Source of the DNA: Acidimicrobiales bacterium
GTDB lineage: Bacteria; Actinomycetota; Acidimicrobiia; Acidimicrobiales; Aldehydirespiratoraceae
Assembly: GCA_963422655.1 (NCBI GenBank)
Contig: OY730440.1
Location: 2,233,442 to 2,297,441, forward strand
Direction: 5' to 3'
DNA length: 64,000 nt
Shown here: piece after piece, positions 1 to 8,720 of the stretch
Numbering within the stretch: the first letter of the stretch is position 1
Layout of the letters: each line of letters opens with the position of its first letter
Notes under the pieces: generated by a model
Told to the model about the DNA's origin: nothing
The model's input: only the letters and a program-made list of their open reading frames with translations
Database searches by the model: none
Translations under genes and position numbers: made by a program

Positions 1-65
1 ATTCGTACCAGCTCACGCCGACAAACGTCCAGGAAGAAATCGTCGCTCGCGTGCGAGGCGCGTGA
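1..65 (+). CDS. fusA: Elongation factor G, 3' end (partial, runs off window start)
   Basis: Reading from nt 3 gives ...SYQLTPTNVQEEIVARVRGA* with TGA at 63-65. This is an EF-G-like C-terminus in the canonical position directly upstream of tuf. Confidence 0.55.
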   Translation, partial: SYQLTPTNVQEEIVARVRGA

Positions 66-124
66 TTCGGCCCCGGTCCCCGAGCCGGAAACAGGTAAAA
101 AACCAGGAGTCAAGAAGGTAGGAA

Positions 125-1312
125 ATGGCCAAGGAGACGTTCGAGCGGAACAAGCCCCACGTCAATGTGGGAACGATGGGCCACATCGACCACGGCAAGA
201 CCACATTGACCGCAGCCATAACCCGGGTGCTGTCCGAACATGTCAAGGGCTCGCATTTCACCGAGTTCGACAAGATCGACAATGCCCCTGAGGAACGCGA
301 ACGCGGTATCACCATCAATGTCGCCCATGTCGAGTACGAGACAGAGAACCGGCACTACGCCCACGTCGACATGCCCGGTCACGCCGACTACATCAAGAAT
401 ATGATCACCGGAGCGGCCCAGGTGGACGGGGCGATCTTGGTGGTGTCGGCGGCCGACGGCCCCATGCCCCAGACCCGGGAGCACGTGCTGCTGGCTCGCC
501 AGGTGGGCGTGCCCAAGATCGTGGTCGCTCTCAACAAGGTCGATACGGTTGACGACCCCGAACTGCTCGAGATCGTGGACATGGAGGTACGCGATCTGCT
601 CAACGAGTACGGGTTCCCCGGGGACGACACGCCCATCGTCAACGTGTCGGCGCTGAAGGCCCTCGACGGCGACGCCGAGGCCTCACGAGCCGTTCTCGAG
701 CTCATGGACCGAGTCGACGATTACATCCCGACTCCCCAGCGTGATGTGGACAAGCCCTTCCTGATGCCGATCGAGGACGTGTTCTCCATCACCGGGCGAG
801 GAACGGTGGTGACCGGCCGGGTCGAGCAGGGGGTCGTCAACACCGGCAACGAGGTCGAGATCGTCGGTCTCAAGGAGACCCGCAAGACCACGTGCACCGG
901 GGTGGAGATGTTCCGTAAGATCCTCGACCGGGGCGAGGCTGGTGACAACATCGGCGCTCTGCTCCGAGGCGTGGACAAGAACGAGGTGCAGCGGGGCCAA
1001 GTGCTGGCCGCCCCCCGAAGCATCACTCCCCACACCGAGTTCGAGGCCCAAGTGTATGTCCTCAGCAAGGAAGAGGGCGGCCGTCACAGCCCCTTCTTCT
1101 CCAACTACCGACCCCAGTTCTACTTCCGTACCACGGATGTGACCGGGACGGTGGTGCTGCCCGAGGGCACCGAGATGTGCCTGCCCGGTGACAACACCGA
1201 GATGCGGGTCGAGCTCATCAGTCCGATCGCCATGGACGAAGGTCTGCGCTTCGCCATTCGCGAGGGGGGCCGTACCGTTGGCGCCGGTTCGGTCACCAGC
1301 ATCGTCAAGTAG
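125..1312 (+). CDS. tuf: Elongation factor Tu
   Basis: 395-aa ORF with GTPase motifs [17 protein letters not shown] and NKVD. AAGAAGG lies upstream of the ATG. Confidence 0.98.
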   Translation: MAKETFERNKPHVNVGTMGHIDHGKTTLTAAITRVLSEHVKGSHFTEFDKIDNAPEERERGITINVAHVEYETENRHYAHVDMPGHADYIKNMITGAAQVDGAILVVSAADGPMPQTREHVLLARQVGVPKIVVALNKVDTVDDPELLEIVDMEVRDLLNEYGFPGDDTPIVNVSALKALDGDAEASRAVLELMDRVDDYIPTPQRDVDKPFLMPIEDVFSITGRGTVVTGRVEQGVVNTGNEVEIVGLKETRKTTCTGVEMFRKILDRGEAGDNIGALLRGVDKNEVQRGQVLAAPRSITPHTEFEAQVYVLSKEEGGRHSPFFSNYRPQFYFRTTDVTGTVVLPEGTEMCLPGDNTEMRVELISPIAMDEGLRFAIREGGRTVGAGSVTSIVK

Positions 1313-1322
1313 GCATCCGGCC

Positions 1323-1643
1323 ATGGCAGCAGGTCAGAGGATTCGGATTCGGCTCAAGGCGTACGACCACGAGATCATCGACCAGTCGACCAAGAAGATT
1401 GTCGAGACGGTCAAGCGCACCCAGGCCGAACTGCGGGGCCCCATACCGCTGCCGACCGAGAAACACCGCTATACTGTGGTCAGATCGCCGTTCAAGGACA
1501 AGGACTCTCGGGAGCACTTCGAGATGCGGATCCACAAGCGTCTGCTCGACATCCTCGAACCGTCCCCGAAAACGGTCGATTCCCTCCAACGCCTCGACCT
1601 GCCCGCCGGTGTCGATATCGAGCTGAAGATCCAGCAAACCTGA
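1323..1643 (+). CDS. rpsJ: 30S ribosomal protein S10
   Basis: ATG at 1323 inside the longer ORF 1188..1643. [22 protein letters not shown]... is a typical S10 N-terminus, and the gene follows tuf. Confidence 0.97.
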   Translation: MAAGQRIRIRLKAYDHEIIDQSTKKIVETVKRTQAELRGPIPLPTEKHRYTVVRSPFKDKDSREHFEMRIHKRLLDILEPSPKTVDSLQRLDLPAGVDIELKIQQT

Positions 1644-1646
1644 CTG

Positions 1647-1673
1647 GGGGCAGGGGTGCAGCCTCTCCGCCCC
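1647..1673. terminator. GC-rich hairpin between convergent rpsJ and the AI-2E gene (possible bidirectional terminator, no U-tract)
   Basis: GGGGC(a)GGGG at 1647-1656 pairs with CTCCGCCCC at 1665-1673 across an 8-nt loop. It lies 4 nt after the rpsJ stop. Confidence 0.3.
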
Positions 1674-1694
1674 ACCGCTGAGCCATGTACTGAT

Positions 1695-2846
1695 TCAGTC
1701 GGACCAAACCCTGTCCGGCTTGTCCGGCCGGGCTCGGGATCCGGTCTGACCGACCCGGTAGGTCGAGACGAACGACTGCACGGTGGCGGCGAAGGGTAGG
1801 GCCAGCAGCGCCCCCACCACACCCAGCAGCGCCGCTCCGGCTATCACTGCGCCGAAGGCTACGGCCACGTGGAGTTGCATGGTGTGGGCCGTGATCCGGG
1901 GGGAGAGGATGTAGTTCTCGAACTGCTGGTATGCGAAGATCGTGATCAGCACCCACAAGCCGGTGCGGGGCTCGTGGAGTAAGGCGATGAGCACGGGCAG
2001 GGCCCCGGCGATGTAGGTGCCGATCACCGGTATGAACTGGGATATGATTCCGATCCACAGAGCCAGGGGAAGCGGGAAGGGCACGTCGAGGATCGAGAGG
2101 GCGCCCCAGTGGACAAGGGCCGAGATGACGGCCAGGATCGAGCGGGAGTAGATGTACCCGCCCGTCTTTTCCATGGCTAGGTCCCAGATCTCCAGAACCA
2201 TCTTGCGCATTTGTTCGTCGAGGAACGAACATACGACGCGACGGACCTTGGGACCTTCGGCTACCAGGTAGAAGGTGAACAGAGCGACGGTGAAGATATG
2301 GAAGACGAGGCCGATGGCGGCGGCACTGAGGTTGACCACATCGTCGGCGAACCGGCCGGCCAGGTCTTCCACGCCGCCGCCGGCCACGAACTCTTGGCGC
2401 AGTTGTTCGAACTCGATGTCGGTTCCGAAGGTGTCGTTCGTCCAAGTCTCGATGTCGTCGAGATAGCGCGGCACTTCGTCCACGAAATCGTTGATCTGGG
2501 TGGCCAGGGCCGCGCCGATGGCGGTGGAGAAGCCGGCCACGGCTATGAGGACAACCACGAATATGATCCCGGTGCCGATGCCCCGCCGAAGCCCGGCTCG
2601 TTGTAGGCGGTTGACGGCCGGCTCGATTGCGAAGGACAGGAACAGCGAGATCACCAGCACCATGATCAAGGGCCGCAGGGCGCGCAAAGCCCCGATTCCG
2701 TAGTACAGGGCCAGGCCCCCCAGCCAGAACAGCAGGATCGAGCGTTTGATCCATACCGGCACCGACCTGAACCCTGAGACACTCGACCTAGGTTCCGACT
2801 CGGAGGGGAGCCCGCTCTTGGCGTCGCAGTCGGGAGTGGACGTCAC
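1695..2846 (-). CDS. AI-2E family (PerM/UPF0118) transporter
   Basis: 383-aa polytopic membrane ORF. The tail ...[49 protein letters not shown] is characteristic of AI-2E/UPF0118. Exact start uncertain. Confidence 0.85.
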   Translation of the reverse strand: MTSTPDCDAKSGLPSESEPRSSVSGFRSVPVWIKRSILLFWLGGLALYYGIGALRALRPLIMVLVISLFLSFAIEPAVNRLQRAGLRRGIGTGIIFVVVLIAVAGFSTAIGAALATQINDFVDEVPRYLDDIETWTNDTFGTDIEFEQLRQEFVAGGGVEDLAGRFADDVVNLSAAAIGLVFHIFTVALFTFYLVAEGPKVRRVVCSFLDEQMRKMVLEIWDLAMEKTGGYIYSRSILAVISALVHWGALSILDVPFPLPLALWIGIISQFIPVIGTYIAGALPVLIALLHEPRTGLWVLITIFAYQQFENYILSPRITAHTMQLHVAVAFGAVIAGAALLGVVGALLALPFAATVQSFVSTYRVGQTGSRARPDKPDRVWSD

Positions 2847-2994
2847 CGGTCGAACGCTAACACCCGAAGCGCTGGTCGGCCCTGATCTGCCGAGAGAGGT
2901 CGTGAAGGGTCGAGGTTGGTGTTCGGAGTGCTCGGTGGGCGCCCGGCGCGCCGGGTGCCTATCAGCGCTGGATCGGGGGAGTGGATTACATCAT

Positions 2995-3010
2995 TGAGTA
3001 ATATTACTCA
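2995..3010. promoter_or_regulatory. Perfect 16-bp palindrome TGAGTAATATTACTCA (operator-like, contains a TAATAT -10-like hexamer)
   Basis: Read directly from the sequence. It ends 19 nt upstream of the ATG at 3029, in an AT-rich patch of an otherwise GC-rich spacer. Confidence 0.4.
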
Positions 3011-3028
3011 GCAATGTAAGGTACTGGT

Positions 3029-4309
3029 ATGGGTTCATTCCAACGATCGCATGTCGAGACCGTCGCTCTCCGTTTGGCTGAGCCTCCGAGCAGGATCGTT
3101 GCGGTGTTCGGACCTCGTCAGACTGGTAAGACCGAAATCGTAAGGCAAACGCTCGAACGGATCCCTCAGGGCAGCTGGTACATCTCGGTCGACGAACCCG
3201 ATACCCGCCGGCTCCGTGTCTCGGTCGAATCGATTGCGGTCGAATCCGTTCTGATGCCCCAGAGGCGCGACACCGAATGGCTGGTCGAGCAATGGGAACA
3301 AGCCCGGCGTCGAGCCGATCGGGCAGGACGTGACGGACGATGGTTCGTGCTGGTTCTCGACGAGATTCAGAAGGTTCCCAACTGGTCCGATGCCGTCAAA
3401 GGTCTCTGGGATGCGGACCGGGCCAGGGAGTGCCCTCTGCACGTGGTGATACTGGGTTCAGCTCCTTTGCTCATGCAATCAGGACTGCAGGAGAGCCTCG
3501 CCGGGCGTTTCGAACCTGTTCGCGTCGCCCACTGGTCGTTCCCGGAGATGGCGTCGGCGTTTGGCTTCGACTTACCCCGATATCTCTATTTCGGTGGTTA
3601 TCCGGGCGCGGCTCATCTCGTTCGGGATCCGGATCGATGGCGTGAATACGTGCTACACGCCTTGGTCGAGCCCAACATCGAGCGGGACATCCTCGCCATG
3701 ACGCGCGTGGACAAGCCGGCCCTGCTGAAACGGCTATTCGAGCTGGGGGCCCACTACTCGGGACAGATCCTTTCGTACACCAAGATGCTGGGACAGCTCC
3801 ACGATGCCGGAAACACCACCACATTGGCCCGTTACCTCGAGCTTCTCGGGCACGCGGGATTGATCGCAGGACTTCCCAAGCATGCCGATCGGCCGCTTAT
3901 CGGCAAAGGTTCGAGCCCCAAGCTCAACGTCTTGAACACCGCGATGATGACCGCCGGATCGGGGTATTCCTTCGATGAAGCCCAAGCAGACCGTACATTC
4001 TGGGGACGAGTCGTGGAGAGCGCGGTCGGAGCCCACCTGTTGAATACCGCAACGGCGAACATCGAACTTCGCTACTGGAGGGATAATCCACACGAGGTGG
4101 ACTTCGTACTGCGACGAGGATCGGCCCTGGTCGCCATCGAGGTCAAGAGCGGACCGACAAGCCCGAGCACCAGAGGCCCGAGCACCATAGGTATGACCAA
4201 GTTTCGGAATCGGTTCGAACCTCTTCGCTCGCTGCTCGTCGGTGGAGGTGGGGTGCCTCTCGAGGAGTTCCTGAGCGTGCCCGCTGAGGATTGGTTCGAA
4301 GAGTCATGA
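3029..4309 (+). CDS. AAA+ ATPase of COG1373 type (AAA_14 + DUF4143) with PD-(D/E)xK-like C-terminus
   Basis: Motifs are Walker A GPRQTGKT, Walker B VLVLDEIQ, LAGRF and wHTH-like TTTLARYLELLGHAGLI. The C-terminal HEVDFVLRRGSALVAIEVKSG has D at nt 4100 and E-V-K at 4139-4147. Confidence 0.85.
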   Translation: MGSFQRSHVETVALRLAEPPSRIVAVFGPRQTGKTEIVRQTLERIPQGSWYISVDEPDTRRLRVSVESIAVESVLMPQRRDTEWLVEQWEQARRRADRAGRDGRWFVLVLDEIQKVPNWSDAVKGLWDADRARECPLHVVILGSAPLLMQSGLQESLAGRFEPVRVAHWSFPEMASAFGFDLPRYLYFGGYPGAAHLVRDPDRWREYVLHALVEPNIERDILAMTRVDKPALLKRLFELGAHYSGQILSYTKMLGQLHDAGNTTTLARYLELLGHAGLIAGLPKHADRPLIGKGSSPKLNVLNTAMMTAGSGYSFDEAQADRTFWGRVVESAVGAHLLNTATANIELRYWRDNPHEVDFVLRRGSALVAIEVKSGPTSPSTRGPSTIGMTKFRNRFEPLRSLLVGGGGVPLEEFLSVPAEDWFEES

Positions 4310-7300
4310 ACGGCCAAGTTCTCGTATCTCGTACATGCACCGAAATTTTTCGAGATGACACAGCTCGGGACGTGGAGCATAGTTCCCTGACCCTGAGAGA
4401 GCTTCGGGCTTTATCGGTATATGTACTGCTCGGCGACCCGGGCTCCGGTAAGAGCACGGTATTTGAAGTCGAGTGCGATGAGTTGGGAGGAGAAGCTGAG
4501 CTGATCACAGCCGGTGATTTTCTCTCGTCGGACACGAACAGTCACCCCGAATGGCGAGATCGGACGCTCTTCATAGACGGACTCGATGAGATTCGAGCCG
4601 GCCAGAGAGACGCCCGTACACCTTTCGACAAGATATGGGGCCGGCTCGACTCTCTGGGACAGCCCCGCTTTCGGATATCGTGCCGCGAAGCCGACTGGTT
4701 GGGGGACAATGATCGGAAACGTCTGGCTCGGGTTTCTCCCGACTCCGAGGTGAAGATCTTCCGGCTCGACCCGTTGACGGATTCGGACATCGAAACCCTT
4801 TTGAACCATCATCTGGATGTCGACGATGCTGGGAACGTTATGGCTCAAGCCCGAGAACTAAGTTTGGAAAGACTGCTCGCCAACCCGCTGAGTTTAAAAC
4901 TGCTGGCTATTGCTTTCGCGGGTTCTGATACGGAAGTCGTGCCGACCAACCGGCTCGAGATCTTCGAGTTGGCCTGCCGACAATTGACCTCTGAGCACAA
5001 TGAAGATCACAATGAAAAGCACAATCTCGCAGGTCAACCGTTTGACCCTGATCAGATCCTGGACGGGGCGGGACGGCTGTGTGCCTTCCAACTGATCTCG
5101 GGTACCGACGGGTTCTCCATCGACCACGGCAAAACGACTACCAATTATATCCCTTCGAACCGCTGCGATGCCAAATCGCAGGAATTGTCACGACGGGCGG
5201 TCTGCACCAGGCTGTTCGAGGGGCAGGGTGGATACCGCCGTTTCGCACCCGTTCACCGACACATTGCCGAGTTCCTGGGCGCTCGCTATCTCGCTCGGGT
5301 CATCGATGATGGGCTTACAGCCCGGCGGGTCGTCTCTCTGATCGTCGGTGAGGACGGAGGCGTCGTAACCGAGTTCCGAGGCTTGTCGGCCTGGCTCGCC
5401 GTGCATAGTCGAGAGGCTCGCAGCGAGCTCATCGAACGAGACCCGATCGGAGTCGCAATATACGGTGATATCCGAGGATTCCTGACCGAAGATAAACAGG
5501 AGCTTCTGCAGTCGCTGCACCGCGAAGTCGCCAGGCTCGACTACTCGGTGAATCCGGCTTGCTTCGGACCCATTGCCTCACCCGATATGGAATCTATACT
5601 CCAGGACATTTTGACAGAGCCCAACCGTGATAGGGATCATCAGCTCACCGCCAAATTCATATTGCAGATTCTGCAATATAGTCCTCCCTTGCCCAGCCTG
5701 TCACAGACTTTGCTCGACATCATATACGATGACAGTAGATATCCTCAGGTATATAAGCATGCAATGCATGCTTATATCCATCACATGAAGGATGGCCTAG
5801 ATAGAGACGATAGTCTCGTAGGGCTCCTGGCTGACATTCGTAATAATAAAATCTCTGATCCCGACGATGAGCTAACCGAAACCCTGTTAGCACAACTCTA
5901 CCCCCAGGTGGTACCTCCATCGAAGGTGTGGGACCATTTGGTATATGGAGGAGTCGGGAACGCTTGGAAATACCACAAGTTCTGGATAAACGATCTTTTG
6001 GAACGATCATCAGAAGATGATATAGCCGAGCTCCTCGACGAGCTGTACCAACGCTTGCCCGACCTGAAGACGGCTTTGGAAGGTCATAACTTGGAGCGTC
6101 TTCCCCTCGAGCTCTTGGACCGCGGGCTGAGCGCAGTCGGAGATGATCTGGAACCAGCCCGTCTCTACAAATGGCTCAGTGCCGGTTCCATGCGAGACTG
6201 GAAGAGGTCGGGTAACCGGCTCGGCACCGCCAAGGAATTCGTCAATCGGATACGGGCTTGGTTGGAAGCGCGTCCTCAGGTTCAAAAGGCTGTCTTTCTG
6301 GAAGGACTGACCCGATGTCAGGAAGACGATTTAGGACTGTATTCGTTCGTGGCCAACCGTTTTTTGTATGGGAGCACCCTCCCGCCCGATTTTGGGCTAT
6401 GGAGCCTGGAGCATGCCGTCAGACTCTTGAAGAGCCACCCGCAAATTTCGGAATGTCTCCTCGCGGAAGCCTTTCGCTCGTACTCTCAACAGACTCATGA
6501 TGAGGGGCTGTTTCGTTCCACTCTCATCGAGCACACTCGTGGGCACGAAGTATTGGAAAGACAACTGGCAGATATGTTGGATCAATCTAGGAGCCCAACA
6601 CTTGTAAAACGAACTCAACAAGTCGAAACGTATCAAGAAGAAGATCAGCGTAGGCAAAGAGAATGGCTCGGATATGTTCGATCGAACATTGAGGCTCTAC
6701 GAGACAACCGAGCCGCTCCGGTCATTCTGCACCAATTGGGTGAGGTATATTTCAGATCCTTACCGGGCCAGGCCGACTATGACGAGCCCACACAAAGGAT
6801 CTCGGCATTGCTCGGTGATGGTGATTTGATCGAGGCCGCGCTCCGCGGTCTTCGCGGTACGGTATCCAGAGATGATATCCCAGAATTTGAGGAAATAATA
6901 CGCCTTTATTCAGAGTCCAAGTTTTCTTGCCTGACCCTCCCATTTCTAGCTGGTATGGATGAGATATCGAGGGTTACACCAGAACAGCTCGATTGTTTTA
7001 GTGTGCGTCAGATTCGGACAGCTCTAGCTTTCTACTTCTTTTATGGTCGTAATGATAAGGCGGAATGGTATCGGAGGTGGCTCGACTCACATCCCGATCT
7101 CCTGTCCGAGGTGCTGATCAAATGGGCCAAGTCAGCGATACACGGTGGCAAGGAGTCATCGCTAGGGTTGTGCAATCTTGCCTTCAGGACCGATCATGCA
7201 CATATTGCTCGTCGAGTTAGCTTGACCCTACTCAGAACTTTTCCGGTACGTTGTAAGCTGTCACAGATCCAGGCACTGGACTGTCTACTCTGGGCCGCTT

Positions 7301-8427
7301 TGCAGCATTGTGACAAACTATCGTTCGAGAAGTTGATCCAGGAAAAACTATCCCGCAAGACTATGCATGCTTCCCAGCGCGTTCATTGGCTGGCTGCGGG
7401 TACCGTTATCGATCCCGAGGTGTATGGGCCGACCCTGGGTGACTTCGTCGGCGACCGAGATGGCCGGATCAGACAACTGGTGGAATTCTTATGTCCTCCG
7501 ATTTTACCTCTTCAAGAACTGACACGGCTCATAGTCGATAAGCTTGAGATTTCGACTCTTGAACTATTCGTCAGGCTTGTCGGGCCCTCGTTCGGGCCTG
7601 TTCTGGATAGTTTTGGCATATACGAAATACAAGAATCGCAACTGGTGGGTCGTTTGATCGAACAACTCAGTTCTTTTCCTGGTAAGGATGCGGCCCAGGC
7701 CTTGGATCATCTGGGCTCGGATTCAGCGCTGGTCTCTTGGCGTGACACGCTCATCCGAGCCCGCAGTCGCCAGCGGGTCATCCACCGTGATTTCACCTAT
7801 CACTGTCCCGACATCGAACGGATCCACCGAACGTTATCGAATCAGTCTCCTGCCAATGCCACCGATCTGGCTGCTCTCGTGTCGGAGCGACTCGAAAAGA
7901 TTGCTGTTCGGATTCGTCGAGGTAACATCAATGACTGGCGACAATACTGGAACGTCGACTCATATGACAGGCCGCTGGATTCCAGGCCCGAGAATTCTTG
8001 TAGAGATATGCTGCTCTCGGACCTGCGGCAATGCCTTCCCAAGGGTGTGGATGCTCAACCCGAAGGGCAATACGCTGGCAACAAACGGGCCGATATCAGG
8101 GTCTCGTACCAGGATTTCAACGTGCCGGTAGAAATCAAGAAGAGCAATCATCGAGACCTCCGGAGCGCGCTACGGTGTCAGTTGATCAAGAAGTATACGA
8201 GCGATCCGGCCACAGGCGGATACGGGATCTACCTGGTGTTCTGGTTTGGTAACAATTCGCAGCCGACTCCCCACAACGATTATCCAGCCACCGCCTCAGA
8301 GCTGCGAGAGCAGCTAGAAGCTGAGCTGACCGCAGAAGAGGCACGCAAGATCTCGGTTCGTGTAATCGATGTGGAAGCCCCATCACAATCGGCGCCAACC
8401 TCGAAGAGCGCGTGCTGCAGGTTGTGA
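4306..8427 (+). CDS. Large NACHT/STAND-type P-loop NTPase with helical sensor region and C-terminal PD-(D/E)xK-like module
   Basis: The ATG at 4306 forms an ATGA overlap with the upstream stop; the ORF track opens at 4291. N-terminal motifs are GDPGSGKST (4432-4458), TLFIDGLDE (4564-4590), ANPLSLKLLA and FAPVHRHIAEFLGARYLA. The C-terminal RADIRVSYQDFNVPVEIKKS has D at 8092 and E-I-K at 8131-8139. Confidence 0.85.
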   Translation: MNGQVLVSRTCTEIFRDDTARDVEHSSLTLRELRALSVYVLLGDPGSGKSTVFEVECDELGGEAELITAGDFLSSDTNSHPEWRDRTLFIDGLDEIRAGQRDARTPFDKIWGRLDSLGQPRFRISCREADWLGDNDRKRLARVSPDSEVKIFRLDPLTDSDIETLLNHHLDVDDAGNVMAQARELSLERLLANPLSLKLLAIAFAGSDTEVVPTNRLEIFELACRQLTSEHNEDHNEKHNLAGQPFDPDQILDGAGRLCAFQLISGTDGFSIDHGKTTTNYIPSNRCDAKSQELSRRAVCTRLFEGQGGYRRFAPVHRHIAEFLGARYLARVIDDGLTARRVVSLIVGEDGGVVTEFRGLSAWLAVHSREARSELIERDPIGVAIYGDIRGFLTEDKQELLQSLHREVARLDYSVNPACFGPIASPDMESILQDILTEPNRDRDHQLTAKFILQILQYSPPLPSLSQTLLDIIYDDSRYPQVYKHAMHAYIHHMKDGLDRDDSLVGLLADIRNNKISDPDDELTETLLAQLYPQVVPPSKVWDHLVYGGVGNAWKYHKFWINDLLERSSEDDIAELLDELYQRLPDLKTALEGHNLERLPLELLDRGLSAVGDDLEPARLYKWLSAGSMRDWKRSGNRLGTAKEFVNRIRAWLEARPQVQKAVFLEGLTRCQEDDLGLYSFVANRFLYGSTLPPDFGLWSLEHAVRLLKSHPQISECLLAEAFRSYSQQTHDEGLFRSTLIEHTRGHEVLERQLADMLDQSRSPTLVKRTQQVETYQEEDQRRQREWLGYVRSNIEALRDNRAAPVILHQLGEVYFRSLPGQADYDEPTQRISALLGDGDLIEAALRGLRGTVSRDDIPEFEEIIRLYSESKFSCLTLPFLAGMDEISRVTPEQLDCFSVRQIRTALAFYFFYGRNDKAEWYRRWLDSHPDLLSEVLIKWAKSAIHGGKESSLGLCNLAFRTDHAHIARRVSLTLLRTFPVRCKLSQIQALDCLLWAALQHCDKLSFEKLIQEKLSRKTMHASQRVHWLAAGTVIDPEVYGPTLGDFVGDRDGRIRQLVEFLCPPILPLQELTRLIVDKLEISTLELFVRLVGPSFGPVLDSFGIYEIQESQLVGRLIEQLSSFPGKDAAQALDHLGSDSALVSWRDTLIRARSRQRVIHRDFTYHCPDIERIHRTLSNQSPANATDLAALVSERLEKIAVRIRRGNINDWRQYWNVDSYDRPLDSRPENSCRDMLLSDLRQCLPKGVDAQPEGQYAGNKRADIRVSYQDFNVPVEIKKSNHRDLRSALRCQLIKKYTSDPATGGYGIYLVFWFGNNSQPTPHNDYPATASELREQLEAELTAEEARKISVRVIDVEAPSQSAPTSKSACCRL

Positions 8428-8720
8428 TGGTTGCCGCGGTTGTCGGTGCGCAGCTCAGCGGAACGGGCGTTCGGGCTCAGACTGTCGAAGCCGGGTAGCT
8501 CTTCTCGTGGTGCCGTCCTCGACTTGGCGGGCAGGTTGGACTCGACCCAGACCTGAGCTACAGTACTCATGGCTACATTCGATGTCCGTGAAGGCCACCA
8601 GGAACCGCACGGCCCAACTGAGACTCACTCCGCCGGGCCTGCCCGAGCGGAGTGTTCGCGTGAGTGGACGCTCACGTTGGAACATCAGGTTCGCAAATTC
8701 AGGATCGACAAGGACGAGAC

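Larger units (their letters stand above)
2847..8720. other. Compositionally atypical inserted segment between the AI-2E gene and rplC (no mobility genes seen)
   Basis: Hand counts of G+C per 60 nt give 23/60 at 5701-5760 and 28/60 at 6901-6960, versus 45/60 at 9301-9360. The segment interrupts the rpsJ-rplC linkage. Confidence 0.5.

Noticed and set aside
1492-2754. 420-aa minus-strand ORF overlapping the AI-2E transporter gene in another frame
   Set aside because: The translation is Arg/Gly/Pro-rich and low-complexity, typical of high-GC shadow ORFs. The overlapping frame 1695..2846 has a clear family signature.
8280-8570. 96-aa minus-strand ORF as an intact gene
   Set aside because: Two thirds of it is antisense to the STAND gene 3' end and I recognise no domain. 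It is kept only as a possible truncated stub under findings.
2847-8720. Integrase, transposase, tRNA target or flanking direct repeats that would define the island as a mobile element
   Set aside because: None was found by eye in either border (2847-3028, 8428-8720). The segment is therefore called only compositionally atypical, not a mobile element.
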